Origin: Sphyrna mokarran
Taxonomy: Eukaryota
Reading direction: 5' to 3'
Assembly (NCBI GenBank): GCA_024679065.1
Contig: JAGIQG010000040.1
Location: forward strand, 12,276,001 to 12,332,008
DNA length: 56,008 nucleotides
A program made the position numbers and the translations under genes. The notes beneath the pieces are model-generated. The model saw nothing but the letters and a program-made list of their open reading frames with translations, made no database searches and was not told where the DNA came from. The first letter of the stretch is position 1. Each line of letters starts with the position of its first letter. Positions 1-11,622 of the stretch are shown here, one piece after another.

Positions 1-760
1 TGAGCTCCACGCTGTTGTTGAAACGCACAATTGAAATGTTTGTGTCACATGAGCAGTAGCATTCATGGAGAACCACGAGTTTCAAATCAAAATAATAGTG
101 GAAAAATGTTACCCAAATGAGGATATTTAAAAGTTAAGCTGCCATTTAAAACAAGTGAGCTTGAATTGCTTGAAGTGGAATCTATGATCAGGAAGTGTCT
201 GGATTTTGATGCCCCAGTCAATGAGTTCATATCTGAATCCATTTAATCTTCCAACGCAGTTCTGTTTGGAATGAAAGGAACAACAATGGGAGAACATCAA
301 AGATCAGCAAGAAAAGAACACGTTTTATCTTTACAGTCTCCATTAACCTGCTCCATTAATATTCTCAGACGCCAATGCAAGTGCACAAAAATCCCTACAG
401 TGCAGAAGGATGCGATTTGGCCCACAGAGTCTGCACCGACTCTCTGAAAGTGCCACACAGCTCAAGACCAGATGATGGGTGTAAAAGGCTGGTCTGTCAG
501 TGACACCCATAATTAAACACAACTCTGGAGAGGTTTAAGAAGTCAAGGTTGCGATTGGGGGTGGGGGTTGACGGGATGAAAAGCGATGAGGATGGGGCAC
601 TGGGGGAAGAGTCCGTTTGTCTAAATGTATCCAAGTTACTGTTCACTCCACGGGTTAGCTTCAGCGCTGCCTTAACAGTGACCTCGCGGGATCCCGTCAA
701 TGGACTGTGTCCATCACACTTTTGTCTTTCTGGGCAGGCATTTAGGTGACCGATCTTACC

Positions 761-870
761 TCAAAATAACCACACCCTGGCCGTCATCAGGACACTGAAG
801 ACAATGCTCTTGAGAAACAAAATCCTTAGCCCCATCACCGTCAAAGACAAAAAGTTTGTCCTCAGTCGAT
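761..870 (-). CDS. Duplicated TCR TM exon, (D)RLRTNFLSLTVMGLRILFLKSIVFSVLMTARVWLF*
   Basis: Paralogue of 29666-29775, intact frame and splice sites, two amino-acid differences. Confidence 0.8.
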
Positions 871-1341
871 CTGCCAAAATGAGAAAAACAAATGATAGAT
901 CTGGTTTGGTACATATATCACTTGGAACTGAAAAAGAAATGTATAACATTAATGTGTTTCTTTTCCATTATCTAACTGCTTGACTTTTGTCCGTCTGTCC
1001 ATCCTGTCCGCTGTCCTCTGTCCACCAGCCCGACTGTCTGCTGTCGATCTATCTGCATCTGTCTTTCACCCTGAATCTCCCTCTCTCTCTCTCTCTCTCC
1101 CTCTCTCTCTCTCTCCGTCTCCTCCTCTCTCTCTCTTTCTTGCCCCCCACCTCCACCCCATCCCCCGCATCCCTCGATTTATATCTCTCTCTCCCTCACT
1201 CTGTGTGACGATCTATCTTTCTCTCCATCTCATTATATCTTTATCATTCGATATCCGGGTCTGTACCCCTGCCTATCTCTCAGTTATCAATCTTTCTATT
1301 TGCAGTATTTTCCATTGAGAAATGTTGAATAAAGCACATAC

Positions 1342-1389
1342 CGTTTTCTGTCGAGGAATCATATCGACTTTTAAGGCATTTAGTTTGAT
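1342..1389 (-). CDS. Duplicated connecting-peptide exon, (D)QTKCLKSRYDSSTEN
   Basis: Paralogue of 30371-30418 with intact splice sites. No Ig C exon directly upstream. Confidence 0.75.
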
Positions 1390-2904
1390 CTGGAAGGACA
1401 CAAAACAAACTGACTTATTCAGTGAATAAGTGCCATTACTGTGACCATGTTTGTTCTCAATATCACTTCCAATAATATTGTTGTCATAACAAATAGCCAC
1501 GAAGAAAGTGAGAATCAAACAGCACGATTGGATATGTTCAGTTCATTATTCACAACGGAGAAACATTGATAACTCTGCCATTTAGTTCAGCCCAAATCTG
1601 AGTTCAAAGAGTGTAGGTTCGATTACCCATCAGGGATTAAACCCCAGAATCCAGACCATTCCATCGGGGCGGTATTTCACTGTCTTCCGAAGAAGTGGTG
1701 AAACCGAGGCCTGATTTCAGCTCTGCAGTGGATTAATGATATCAGGACATTTCTCCAGAGGAGCGGGATTCTCCAGTACCCTGGTTAGTATTTAATACTT
1801 TCCTAAATTCGGTGATACACCAGCAGCTGCGGATCCTGGACACTGCCGTGAACTATAATGGTTCGCTCTTATTATTTTTATTCACTTATGGAATGTGGAT
1901 ATCGCTGGCAGGTCAGCATTTACTGTCAATCCCTAATTACCCCCTTCAGAAGATGGTTGTGAGTCCCCTGATTGAAACTCTCCAGCCACCGAATCCATCC
2001 CTCTCGGCCTTATACTCACACCCCACTGCCCAAACCCTCTTCAATCCCCCTCCAAATCCCTTCAGCACTCAATCCCTCTAAGTTCTCCCTCCTGCCCTCG
2101 CCTTGGCAAATTCCCACTCCCTCCCTGTGAAAAGCCCTGAGACCGACAGAATGCTCTTCCCTCCCTCTTGCTAACTCCTCCCTCTTGAGGCAGGACCCCC
2201 CCCTTTCAAATTAAAATCAACCACACAGACACAGGGATTTTTATTAATATTTTTCTCTCTGGTTATAGCTCTTGTCCGAGGATTCCTCACAGCAAAACTA
2301 TTTGCTCTCTGCGTCGTCAAAAGTTTCCAAAAGAATTCTCCTTGGAAGAGAGAGAGAGAGAGAAAATAAAGTGAAATTTGATTAAACTCAAAAAAGCTGA
2401 TTGTAAACAATAAAATGCACAGCAAGATCCAAAGACTTGCTGAAATTCACAATCTCACTTGGGTGTGGTAAGGGAACGTTCATTTTCACATCCCTCCTTA
2501 TTAAACCCTGACAAAATGGGAACACGTTTCCAATGAAATCAACTTCCAAATGCCTCATGACTGTCCTGATATTTAATTTATTACAACACATCAAAGCATT
2601 TTGGGGAGGGGCTTTAGTCCAGAGACAGGCCAATGAATTAACACAGGATCCCCCCAATGAAGTTCTCCCTTCTGTCAGTCACCTCTCCTCTGCTCTCCCC
2701 TTCTCTGTTTCTCCCTCTGTCTCTTACATGTTCCCTCCAGATCTATACATGTCTCCCTGCCTCTCTCTCTCTCTCTCTCTTTTCCTCTCTGTCTTGCTGT
2801 CTAATATTATGACGTTGCATATATAAACATCAGTGTGGTGTTTTACAAATATAAATATTGAAAAGTTGCTTCAAAAAATACCCAAAATAACTCATCCGGC
2901 ATTG

Positions 2905-3395
2905 AGTCTCAGCATTGCAGGAACACTGTCTGACTCTCTCCATCTCAATCACTTCCTCTCTCCCTCTCTGAGACTCTCACCCCATTGCTATCCTCCCCTC
3001 TCTCTGTTACTCTCTCTCTCTGAGACTCTCACCCTATTGCTATCCTCCCCTCTCTGTTACTCTCTCTCTCTCTCTGAGACTCTCACCCCATTGCTATCCT
3101 CCCCTCTCTCTGTTTCTCTCTCCCTCTCTGAGACTCTCACCCCATTGCTATCCTCCCCTCTCTCTGTTACTCTCTCTCTGTGTCTCTGTTTCTCTTTGTC
3201 TCTGTCTCTCTGTGTTTTTCTCTCTCTGTGTCTCTGTGTTTCTCTGTGTCTCTGTCTCTCTCTGTGTTTTTCTCTCTCTGTGAGTGTGTTTCTCGGTGTG
3301 TCTCTTTCTCTCTGTCTCTCTGTGTTTTTCTCTCTCTGTGTGTCTCTGTGTCTCTGTCTCTCTGTGTGTTTCTCTCTGTGTGTCTCTGTGTTTTG
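2905..3395 (+). repeat. ~52-bp minisatellite (tgagactctcaccccattgctatcctcccctctctctgttactctctc) plus CT/GT low-complexity tract
   Basis: About 4 tandem units. The same lead-in and units recur at 4938-5175. Confidence 0.85.
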
Positions 3396-4069
3396 ATGCT
3401 AAGGGCCTAGTATTTTCAGCTCTGAGCTGAATCCACAATCTCTGGAGGGAAGATCGCTATACTGAAGGCGTGAGGCCCAATCACTCTGTCTGGTTTTGTT
3501 TTGTAATGTTTATGTTTTCAAACATCTGTTCCCCTTGTTGGGAATCTCACTGCGGTTTGAGAAAAGCAAACACTGATCCCACACTAAACTCCCCCTAACA
3601 CAGGACTGAGCAGAGAGTGTGAAATAGAACTGCTGTGAGTGTGGATAGTTTTTTTTTTAAAAAAAGGAGAGAAACACTCCTTCAATTTCAAATCTTTACC
3701 CTGCTTCTGTAGCATCTAGGACTCCGAGTGAATCTCAGTGTCTCTCACTCTCTGTATTGCTCCCTCTCCCTATCTCTCTGTCACTCTGCATCACTCCATC
3801 TCTCTCTCTCCCTCTCTCTATCCCTCTCCCACCATGTGGTTCATATTAAGGGGTCGTATCACAGAGAATACAAACACTCTTTCTGTTTCTGTCTTGGCAG
3901 AATTAGCAACATTAGTGGATCTTTCCAGACTGGATTCACACAATACAGACAGAACGCTGCCGAGCTCAGCTCAGGTGGGACCGTAATGTTACAATAAGAT
4001 TGAATCTGTAATCATGCAACTGTCTAAACATCACCTGATTAATTTGATTTATTATTGTTACGTAGAATA

Positions 4070-4655
4070 GAATCATAGAATCCCTACAATGCAGAAGGAG
4101 ACCACAGTCTCCCCAGTGTGGTGCCTGTTTGGGCACACATAGGGAGAATTTAACATGGCTGGTACACCTAACCAGCGCGTCTTTCAAACTGTGGGAGATA
4201 ACCAGAGGAAACCCATGCAGACACGGGGAGAAGGTGTAGACACCACACAGACAAAGAACAAAGAACAAAACATGGGAAACAGGCCCTTCGGCCCACTGAG
4301 CCCGCGCCGCCACCCCGATGTTCTCACCTCTACCCGTGATCCCTGTCCATGTTTATAGATCTATGGATTAAAAACCAAATTTGAGACAATTTAGGGAGAA
4401 TTTGTTTTGCCAATTAGCCTAAGAGCACATCTTTGGGATGTGGGAGGAAACCGGAGCACCCGGAGAAAACCCACGCAAGCACGGGGAGAATGCGCAAACT
4501 CCCACAGACACAGGCCCAAATCCATGTATCTGCACAGCACAGCGATAGTCACTGAGCTGTCGTGTTGCCCATCAGAAGGTCCAGGTCTTGCGAATTGAAC
4601 CTGGGTCCCTGGCACTGTGAGGCAGCAGTGTTAACCACTGTGCCACCCTGCCATC
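4070..4655 (-). mobile_element. tRNA-derived SINE copies (HE1-like) with LINE 3' fragments
   Basis: ggaaaccggagcacccgg..acccacgca..acggggagaatg core, ends in ccactgtgccacc (A-box, reverse strand). Confidence 0.75.
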
Positions 4656-4937
4656 AGGGGGACACTGTTTAAAATTCAGGAAGTTCCCATTGAAGATAGA
4701 GATGCAGAGGAATAATTTCTTCTCTCAGGGGGTGGTTAGTGTTTCAAATTCCCTTCCCCAGAGAGCAGTGGGCGTTGGGACATTGAACATATACAAGGGA
4801 GGGGAGGTTTATGGGGGAGACAGGCAGCGAAGAGGAGTTAAGGCCACAGTCAGATCAGTCATGATCTTATCAACTGGGGGAGCAGGCTCGAGAGGCAGAA
4901 TGGCCTCCTGTTCTATGTGGTATCTGTGTGATCACTG

Positions 4938-5175
4938 CCCTCAGCATTGCAGGAACACTGTCTGACTCTCTCCATCTCAATCACTTCCTCCCTCCCTCTC
5001 TGGGACTCTCACCCCATTGCTATCCTCCCCTCTCTCTGTTACTCTCTCTCTCTCTGAGACTCTCACCCCATTGCTATCCTCCCCTCTCTCTGTTACTCTC
5101 TCTCTCTCTGAGACTCTCACCCCATTGCTATCCTCCCCTCTCTCTGTTACTCTCTCCCTCTCTGAGACTCTCATC
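4938..5175 (+). repeat. Second copy of the ~52-bp minisatellite block
   Basis: Near-identical to 2905-3180. Confidence 0.85.
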
Positions 5176-5489
5176 CGCAAAAGGAGATTAAGGCTGGGTT
5201 TGCTGGAAGATGGGATTACAGGGCACAACTAGTCTTTATTTCCCAAGCTGGGACAGATGCGATGGGCTGAATGGCCTTTCCTGCACTGTAACCTTTTCTC
5301 TTCTTTCTGTTAGCCCTGTTGATGGGTGGGACGGAGGAGTGAGGTTGTTTTCAATAAGAAACAAGAAGAAAAATAGAAGAATTTTTTGAGACAAAGCTGA
5401 TTTTTCCTGATGTTCCCCCCGCCATCAAATTGAGATAGCGATACTCCCACCTGCCCCCTGAACCCCCCCAAATACATTTGCCCCAGTGT

Positions 5490-5760
5490 CAGCACGGTGG
5501 TACAGTGGTTATCCCTGCAGCCTCACTGTGCTAGGGACCTGTGGGTCATTTGCACGTTTTCCCCATTTCTGTGTGGGTTTCCTCCTGTTACCTCCCCCAG
5601 TCTGAAAGACGTGTTGGGTTAGGGTGGATTGGGCCATGCTTAAATTCTCCCTCAGTGTTACCCCAACAGGAATGCGGAGACGAGGGGATTCTTATAGTAA
5701 CTTCACTGCAGTGTTAATGTAACCCGACTTATTCGTGACACTAATAAATAAACTTAAACT
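5490..5760 (+). mobile_element. HE1-like SINE
   Basis: gcacggtggtacagtggtt head, gtgacactaataaataaac tail. Similar copies at ~10420-10590, 13330-13610, 25690-26000, 31300-31640 (+) and 21830-22120, 54478-54740 (-). Confidence 0.75.
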
Positions 5761-5764
5761 GGGG

Positions 5765-6770
5765 GTCTAGGTGCTGCTGTGACAATGCACCCTCTTGTTT
5801 AAACACTCTGCAATGCTGAGACTGGGGAGAGGACTGAACAACAGGGAGCAGCATTGCAGCTTCTCTCCCCCCATTGAAACTGGGATTGTTGCTCCATCTG
5901 CTGCACCATCCCCACCACATCCACTAGGGGGCAATCTGGACAATGGGCTGCAGGCAGGACCTCACTGCGCCTGCGCCATAATCTCACCCACCACCGCCGT
6001 CCATCTTGCGTTGCCAGGGGAGACGGCCAGCGGCCATCTTGCGTTGCCAGGAGAGACGGCCAGCGGCCATCTTGCGTTGCCAGGAGAGACGGCCAGCGGC
6101 CATCTTACGTTGCCAGGGGAGACGACGAGCGTCCACCTTGCGTTGCCAGGTGAGACGGCCGTCGGACGTCTTGCGTTGCCAGGGAGACGGCGTCCCAGAC
6201 GCAGCACTCTGGGGGAACTCCACTGCCGCACATGCGCCCAGGCAGTAACATTTTAATCTTTTAATATTTTGAATCTTAATGATTATTATTCACATCCTCC
6301 CCCGTCAGACTTTCGGTTCCTTCTCCATTCGGGAATATCGTTTCTTTTTTATTTTTTTCAATCTCACCCGCGCGGTGTGCTCTGTGAAAATACTAATGCA
6401 CATGCGCGGTTCCGCCATCTGTCTCTTTATAAAAAACATATATTTTATTTAATTTTAATTCCGCTCCCGGCGGGATTTCCGGGTGGGAATTTCTCTCACT
6501 TTCTACATTTCTGAACCGTCGCTTTTCCTCGACCGGGGGGGAGGGGCTGATGGCGACGTCACGACAACATGGCGGCTGTCCCCGCCTTTCTTCCGGACCC
6601 GGATGTTCCACCAACGAGCAGCGGCCGGGCCGGAGTGGGCAAGAGGTGACATTGGGCGGAGCAGCGCCCGGGCGTCTTACAACGGCTCCTGGTGGTCAGG
6701 AAGGGAAACAGCAGCAGCACAGTCTCTGCCCAAAGGCTTCCCCAGTTCAGCTGCTCAGAGACACTGGAAG
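5765..6770. promoter_or_regulatory. CpG-rich promoter-like element with 33-bp tandem array; inverted copy at 53540-54473
   Basis: CCACTAGGGGGCA (CTCF-like, 5921), GCGCCTGCGC/GCACATGCGC (NRF1-like), about 6 x ccatcttgcgttgccaggggagacggccagcgg (5998-6192), ATTTCCGG/CTTCCGG (ETS), GACGTCAC (CRE-like), AACATGGCGGC (YY1). Confidence 0.65.
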
Positions 6771-6881
6771 GGGGAGCCATTGGGTGAGGAAGGAAATGCA
6801 GCCACATATGAAGAAAAGCAGCTGTAAAGATGGAGAAGGGACACTGAGAGGGACATTCTGACAGGTCCACTGATCAATTCC

Positions 6882-7550
6882 ATGTTCCGAGCAGCAATTT
6901 TAGAGGGTCTACCGACTTCGGCTAAGTCTAGATTGGAGGAAGTGGTAGGCCTGGAGTCAAAAAGCTATAGAGAATTCTTAGATCATGTCATCCACGCGGT
7001 AGAAAGACACCGCAAGGAGGAAAAGAATGCAGACAAGCAGCTGAAAGACGTGCAGCGCAAACTTCTCCAAGCTCAGCTGCAGGAAATTAAAAACAAAGAC
7101 AAGCAGAAATTAAAAGAGGACTCCACACCCAAGAAAATTGCACCGATGGTGGCTGACCTAACGATCGGAGAGATACCCACACTACCGCAAGGGAGAAGTG
7201 GAGGTGGAAGTCAGCCCATCATAACCTATAACATTTCTGGTTTCCCACTGTCCATGACTCCAGGAGGTTACGATCCAAATTACCAAATAATTGGAAACCC
7301 CAGAACCAAAGTAACTGGAATGAGAAAGGACAGGGGCAGGGAAGTGGTGGACTACCCTATCAGAACCAGAAGGGACAAAGTCAGGGAAATAATCAAGGTC
7401 AGAAACAGGACCGCCACCTGGTCCTCCAGGTGTATGTTGGGGGTGTGGGGAAGCAGGACATATAAAAAGAAACTGTCCTCAGAACCCTCAAAGACAAGGA
7501 GGGAACCAGCAGTATGTAAACCACCAGGTAATGCAAACACCGCTAAATGA
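6882..7550 (+). pseudogene. gag: Retroviral gag C-terminal fragment (capsid C-term/nucleocapsid)
   Basis: Capsid-like helical segment. CCHC knuckle in a shifted frame. Lies upstream of the protease motif. Confidence 0.75.
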
Positions 7551-7759
7551 CCCCCAGGCGTCCCAAGGACCAGTGAATCATCAGGGTTTCCTATAGGGAG
7601 GCCCAGAGAACCCCGAAATGGTAGGGCAATACGTACAAATAACGGAAACAGCAAACCAGGAACCCATAATTAGTGTTAGAGTAGGAGGGGTCGAGGTCCC
7701 CATGATGATAGATACCAGTGCTACTTGTGTATGCATACAGGCAAAGTATGCAGACCACC

Positions 7760-9922
7760 TTTCCAGATATTACGATAGTGAGATGTAACAGGGTTAATCC
7801 AGCCGACTATATGCCATTACCTCATGAAGGAGAGGAGCATGAGGGTGTAAGAGAAGCAAAAACATTCATGAAACTAAGAAAAGACTTAAAAGCAGAAAAA
7901 CTAGACACAGAAAGGAAAAGAGTACTATATGTTGATGGCTCGTGCTACAGGGATCATGTAGGAAACCATGCAGGTTATGCTATAATTGAACAGAAAGGGG
8001 AGACATTTGAAGTGTTAGAGGCAGAAAAGTGTGAGCAACCTTGCTCAGCCCAATTAGCAGAACTCAAAGCATTAACTAGAGCATGTGAATTGACAGAAGG
8101 GGAAATAGTGGAGGTATATACGGATTCAGCTTATGTGCATGGAGTGTACCACCTATTTGGAGCAATATGGAGACAGAGGGGATTCATGAAAAGTGGAGGA
8201 GGACCAATACAGCACGAAAGTCAAATAAAAGCATTAATATGAGCAATGATGGGTCCAAAAGAATTGGCCATAATCAAATGTCAGGCGCATAAAAAGGGAA
8301 AGGATAATGTTACCAAGGGAAATGCTAAAGCTGATGAGGTCGCCAAAGAAGTATCAGGATGCATCATGACCACAATAGTCCCAGTCGAGGTGAGACCACA
8401 CCCAGGACCAGGGATGGGGAGCATAGATCCCCAACACACCCTAGAAAATGTGGTGCAGTTACAGGAGGAAGCCATGATAGCTGAAAAAACAGTGTGGAAA
8501 GATAGAGGAGCAGTGCAGTGTTAACATGATAGAGTATGGAGAAATGGGGAAGGGCTGATCGTAGCACCTACATCATTACTAACCTTACTAATCAGCGAAG
8601 CACACGGAGTCAATCACTGCGCAAGGGGGGAGGTGACCAGAAAAATAAAGGAGGAAAGATTCTGGTCACCTTACCTGCAGAATTCAATTGATTATATGTT
8701 AAGTCAATGTGAGGTATGTGCCCAGAATAACATTAGGAAAGGTATAACTGCTCCTATAGGGCACATACCAATTCCTGAAGGGCCATTTAAGCACCTATGC
8801 ATGGATTATGTAGACATGGGGAAATCGGTGAGAGGAAAGAGATATATGTTGGTGATAATTGACAGATTCAGCAGATGGATAGAAGCAACACCATCCAAGG
8901 ACCAAGGGTCTGGAACGGTAATTAAATTCCTGTCAAAAGAGATCATTCCAAGATTTGGCTTACCCACTCAATTGAGTTCAGACAATGGATCCGCATTTAT
9001 CGGAAGGGTACTGAGAGAAACTCTCTCAGCACTACGGATAAAGCAGAAGTTTGGTTGTGTGTACCATCCTCAGTCTCAAGGAATGGTAGAGAGGGCAAAC
9101 GGGACCCTCAAGGCCAAAATAAGTAAAATTTGCAGTGAGACAGGGATAAATTGGATTGATGCACTGCCACTAGCACTAATGCAATGCAGAAGTCAAGAAA
9201 ACAGAACCACGCATTTAAGTCCACATGAAATGATGACACGAAGAGTAATGCCGGTACCAAAAATTAGGGGATCGGGAGGCCCTACACTAGAATGGTTAGA
9301 TCGAAGTACAAAAGAATATATACAACAATTAACTATTATACACAGAACTATATTTGAACAGGAGAAGGCCAAGGAGGAGGGGAATCCGGTGGCAGAACAC
9401 CAGATCAAACCTGGAGATCGCGTATATATCAGAAAGTTCCGGAAGCGCTGGGGCGAACCCAGGAGAGAAGGACCATTTGAAGTAATCAAAGTCTCTCCTA
9501 CGGCTCTGCAAGTAGAAGGCAGTACACTGTGGTATCATTTAAATCATTGTACCAAAACAGTATCAGAGATAGAGGTTGATGGAGGAGTTGAAAGTACCGA
9601 AAGCCTGGATAGGAGTAGCGATGAGGAGGAAGGAGAGCCAGGGGAAAGTCCTTCTAGCCAAACACAGGATCAGGATAGGAATGCAGAAATTGAGGGTGGT
9701 AAGAACGATTTTATGTCTGAGTTGGTTGATGATCCAAATGTCCAACCTGATGCCCTTGGCCAAGGCTCAGGAGGTAATGGGGAAAGAGCAGAAGCCTCTT
9801 TTCCCACCTGGGACTTGGGGACCATCTCCCTCCCAGACTTTATTGACTTTATTGGATTCTTTATCAGCAATTTTCCTACTGGGAGAAGACTCAGTGAGCT
9901 CCGCTTGTCCAGTAAGAGATAG
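7760..9922 (+). pseudogene. pol: Retroviral pol 3' half (RNase H-integrase), one frame broken by stops at 8240 and 8522
   Basis: ORFs 7718-8242, 8246-8524 and 8633-9922 share a frame. CMDYVD, SSDNGSAF, HPQSQGMVERANGTLK, GPF motifs. Confidence 0.9.
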
Positions 9923-10720
9923 TGGGGCAGCAGCAAATACACTGGGCACTATGGATGGTAGCTATACACTGAACCCTAAACATTTGAAAACAAACCCTGG
10001 TATTTGTGTTCTGTGCCATTCGAGTGTGGGATTACTATTTCTTCCTGTGTTGTGAGAATGGCGGCCACAATGCTGAGGTCTCATCTCCAGGATACAATCC
10101 TTTGTAAACATAATAGAGATTTTAAGCTGTTGATTAAAATCTTTCCATGCCAATTGCAGTAATGTCCAGAGGAAAGGGAGAAACCAACACTGTTTGGTAC
10201 CAGTTATGCTGCACGGATGTCAGTAAGCTGTCTGAAAGATGACAGATTACTACCAACAGGGCTCCATTCTGAATTATCTGTCAGGGTTATCCCCAACCCC
10301 TTCTCACTCTTCAAATCCCTCACAAAGTAGAGAGACTATTCATCTGTGTTGAATGAGGGTCAATTTTGAGGATTTATGGAAAACTCTTTCCAAAATGTAT
10401 ATCATTTTGCCCCTATCATGGAGCAGCATGGTGGCACAGTGGTTAGCACTGCTGACTCACAGCATCAGGGATCTGGATTCAATTCCAGTCTCGGGTAACT
10501 GTCTATGTCAATTTTGGACCTTCTCCCCGTGTCTGAATGGGTTTCCTTCCAAATGTTCCACTTTCCTCTCACACTCCAAAAGATGTGCCGGATCATAAAA
10601 GAGATTTAAGTGTTTCTGTGTTTGTGCACTTTTTTAAAATTCTGTTCCATCTGCATTCTAAATCATAACTTTTTTCCCTTGAATCATGTCTAATTACAAT
10701 CTTTATTTCCTTCCTGACAG

Positions 10721-11622
10721 TGAACATAATCACAATTGGGACACTGATGAGCAGAAACTGTGGTCTGTCCAAATGTGTCACTCATTACCTGGTGGCCATG
10801 TCAGCGGGGGATCTGCTGGTCGTTATCCTCGACCTGATATTGAGACACATTCCTATTGTTTATTGGAGAAAGTTTTATTTCCTGCTATCAGTCCCCATGT
10901 GTAACATCCACGCTGTCCTGCTTTACGCAGCCACTGACTGTTCTGTCTGGTTCACCGTCACTTTCACCTTTGATCGATTTGTGGCCATTTGCTGCCCCAA
11001 ACTGAAAAGTAAATATTGCACTGAAAAATCGGCGGCTGTGGTTCTGGGAACAGTGACGGTGCTGAGCTTTCTAAAGAACATTTTCTGGTATTTTATGTTA
11101 TTAAAAAGGTATCAGCTGGCGAACAACCCCTGGTTTTGTGGTTTGACATGGGATGTTGTGGAATGTCTGGTCTGGACAATAATTGAGTTCCTCCACAACA
11201 TTATAACCCCATGTGTCCCATTCGCCCTGGTTCTGCTGCTCAATGCTCTCACCGTCAGACACATTTTAGTGAGCAGCAGAGCCCGCAGGAGACTCCGGGT
11301 TCACAGCAGTGGGAAGAATCCTAGTGACCCAGAGATGGAAAGTCGAAGGAAGTGGATCATTTTACTGTTTCTTATCTCAGGCAATTTCATTGTCTTATGG
11401 TCGACATTAATGGTTTATTCAATATGGATGCGGATGTATGGCTTGGGCTCTGAGTCAGTAAGTTTACCTCTTTTTGTTATGGAATTGGGCTTCATGCTGC
11501 AACTCATAAGTTGTTGCACAAACACTGCCATTTATGTTGTGACACAGACTCATTTCAGACAGCAGCTAAGAGATCTACTGAAATACCCCCTTACTGCAAT
11601 TCGTCAACTCAATACACCCTGA
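10721..11622 (+). CDS. GPR139/GPR142-like class A GPCR, main exon (exon 1 not found)
   Basis: ttcctgacag acceptor. CGLSKCVTHYLVAMSAGDLL, FTFDRFVAIC, SCCTNTAIY motifs. Open to stop. N-terminal/TM1 exon not visible upstream. Confidence 0.8.

Larger units (their letters stand above)
1..1980 (+). repeat. Direct segmental duplication, copy of 28907-~31008 (continues off the left edge)
   Basis: Colinear, highly similar sequence with scattered substitutions. Similarity ends inside a retroelement fragment. Confidence 0.95.
6771..10050 (+). mobile_element. Endogenous retrovirus fragment (class I, epsilon/gamma-like): partial gag, protease stub, RNase H, integrase; RT deleted; no LTRs seen
   Basis: Gag with CWGCGEAGHIKRNC zinc knuckle (~7435-7476, frameshifted), protease VPMMIDTSA (~7665-7760), RNase H LYVDGS..SAQLAELKAL..YTDSAY, integrase HHCC and D,D(35)E. 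Confidence 0.92.

Noticed and set aside
497-749. Conserved short ORFs repeated at 29403-29703
   Set aside because: Conservation is explained by the recent segmental duplication, and they lie in the intron after the TM exon.
5998-6192. 33-bp repeats as a CRISPR array or as a coding repeat (ORF 5795-6256)
   Set aside because: Head-to-tail units with no unique spacers, in a vertebrate context. ORFs are open on both strands only because the unit is GC-rich and a multiple of 3.
9900-10050. Retroviral env or accessory gene start
   Set aside because: Only a short Cys/Trp-containing stretch, with no signal peptide, furin site or ISD recognisable before the element ends.
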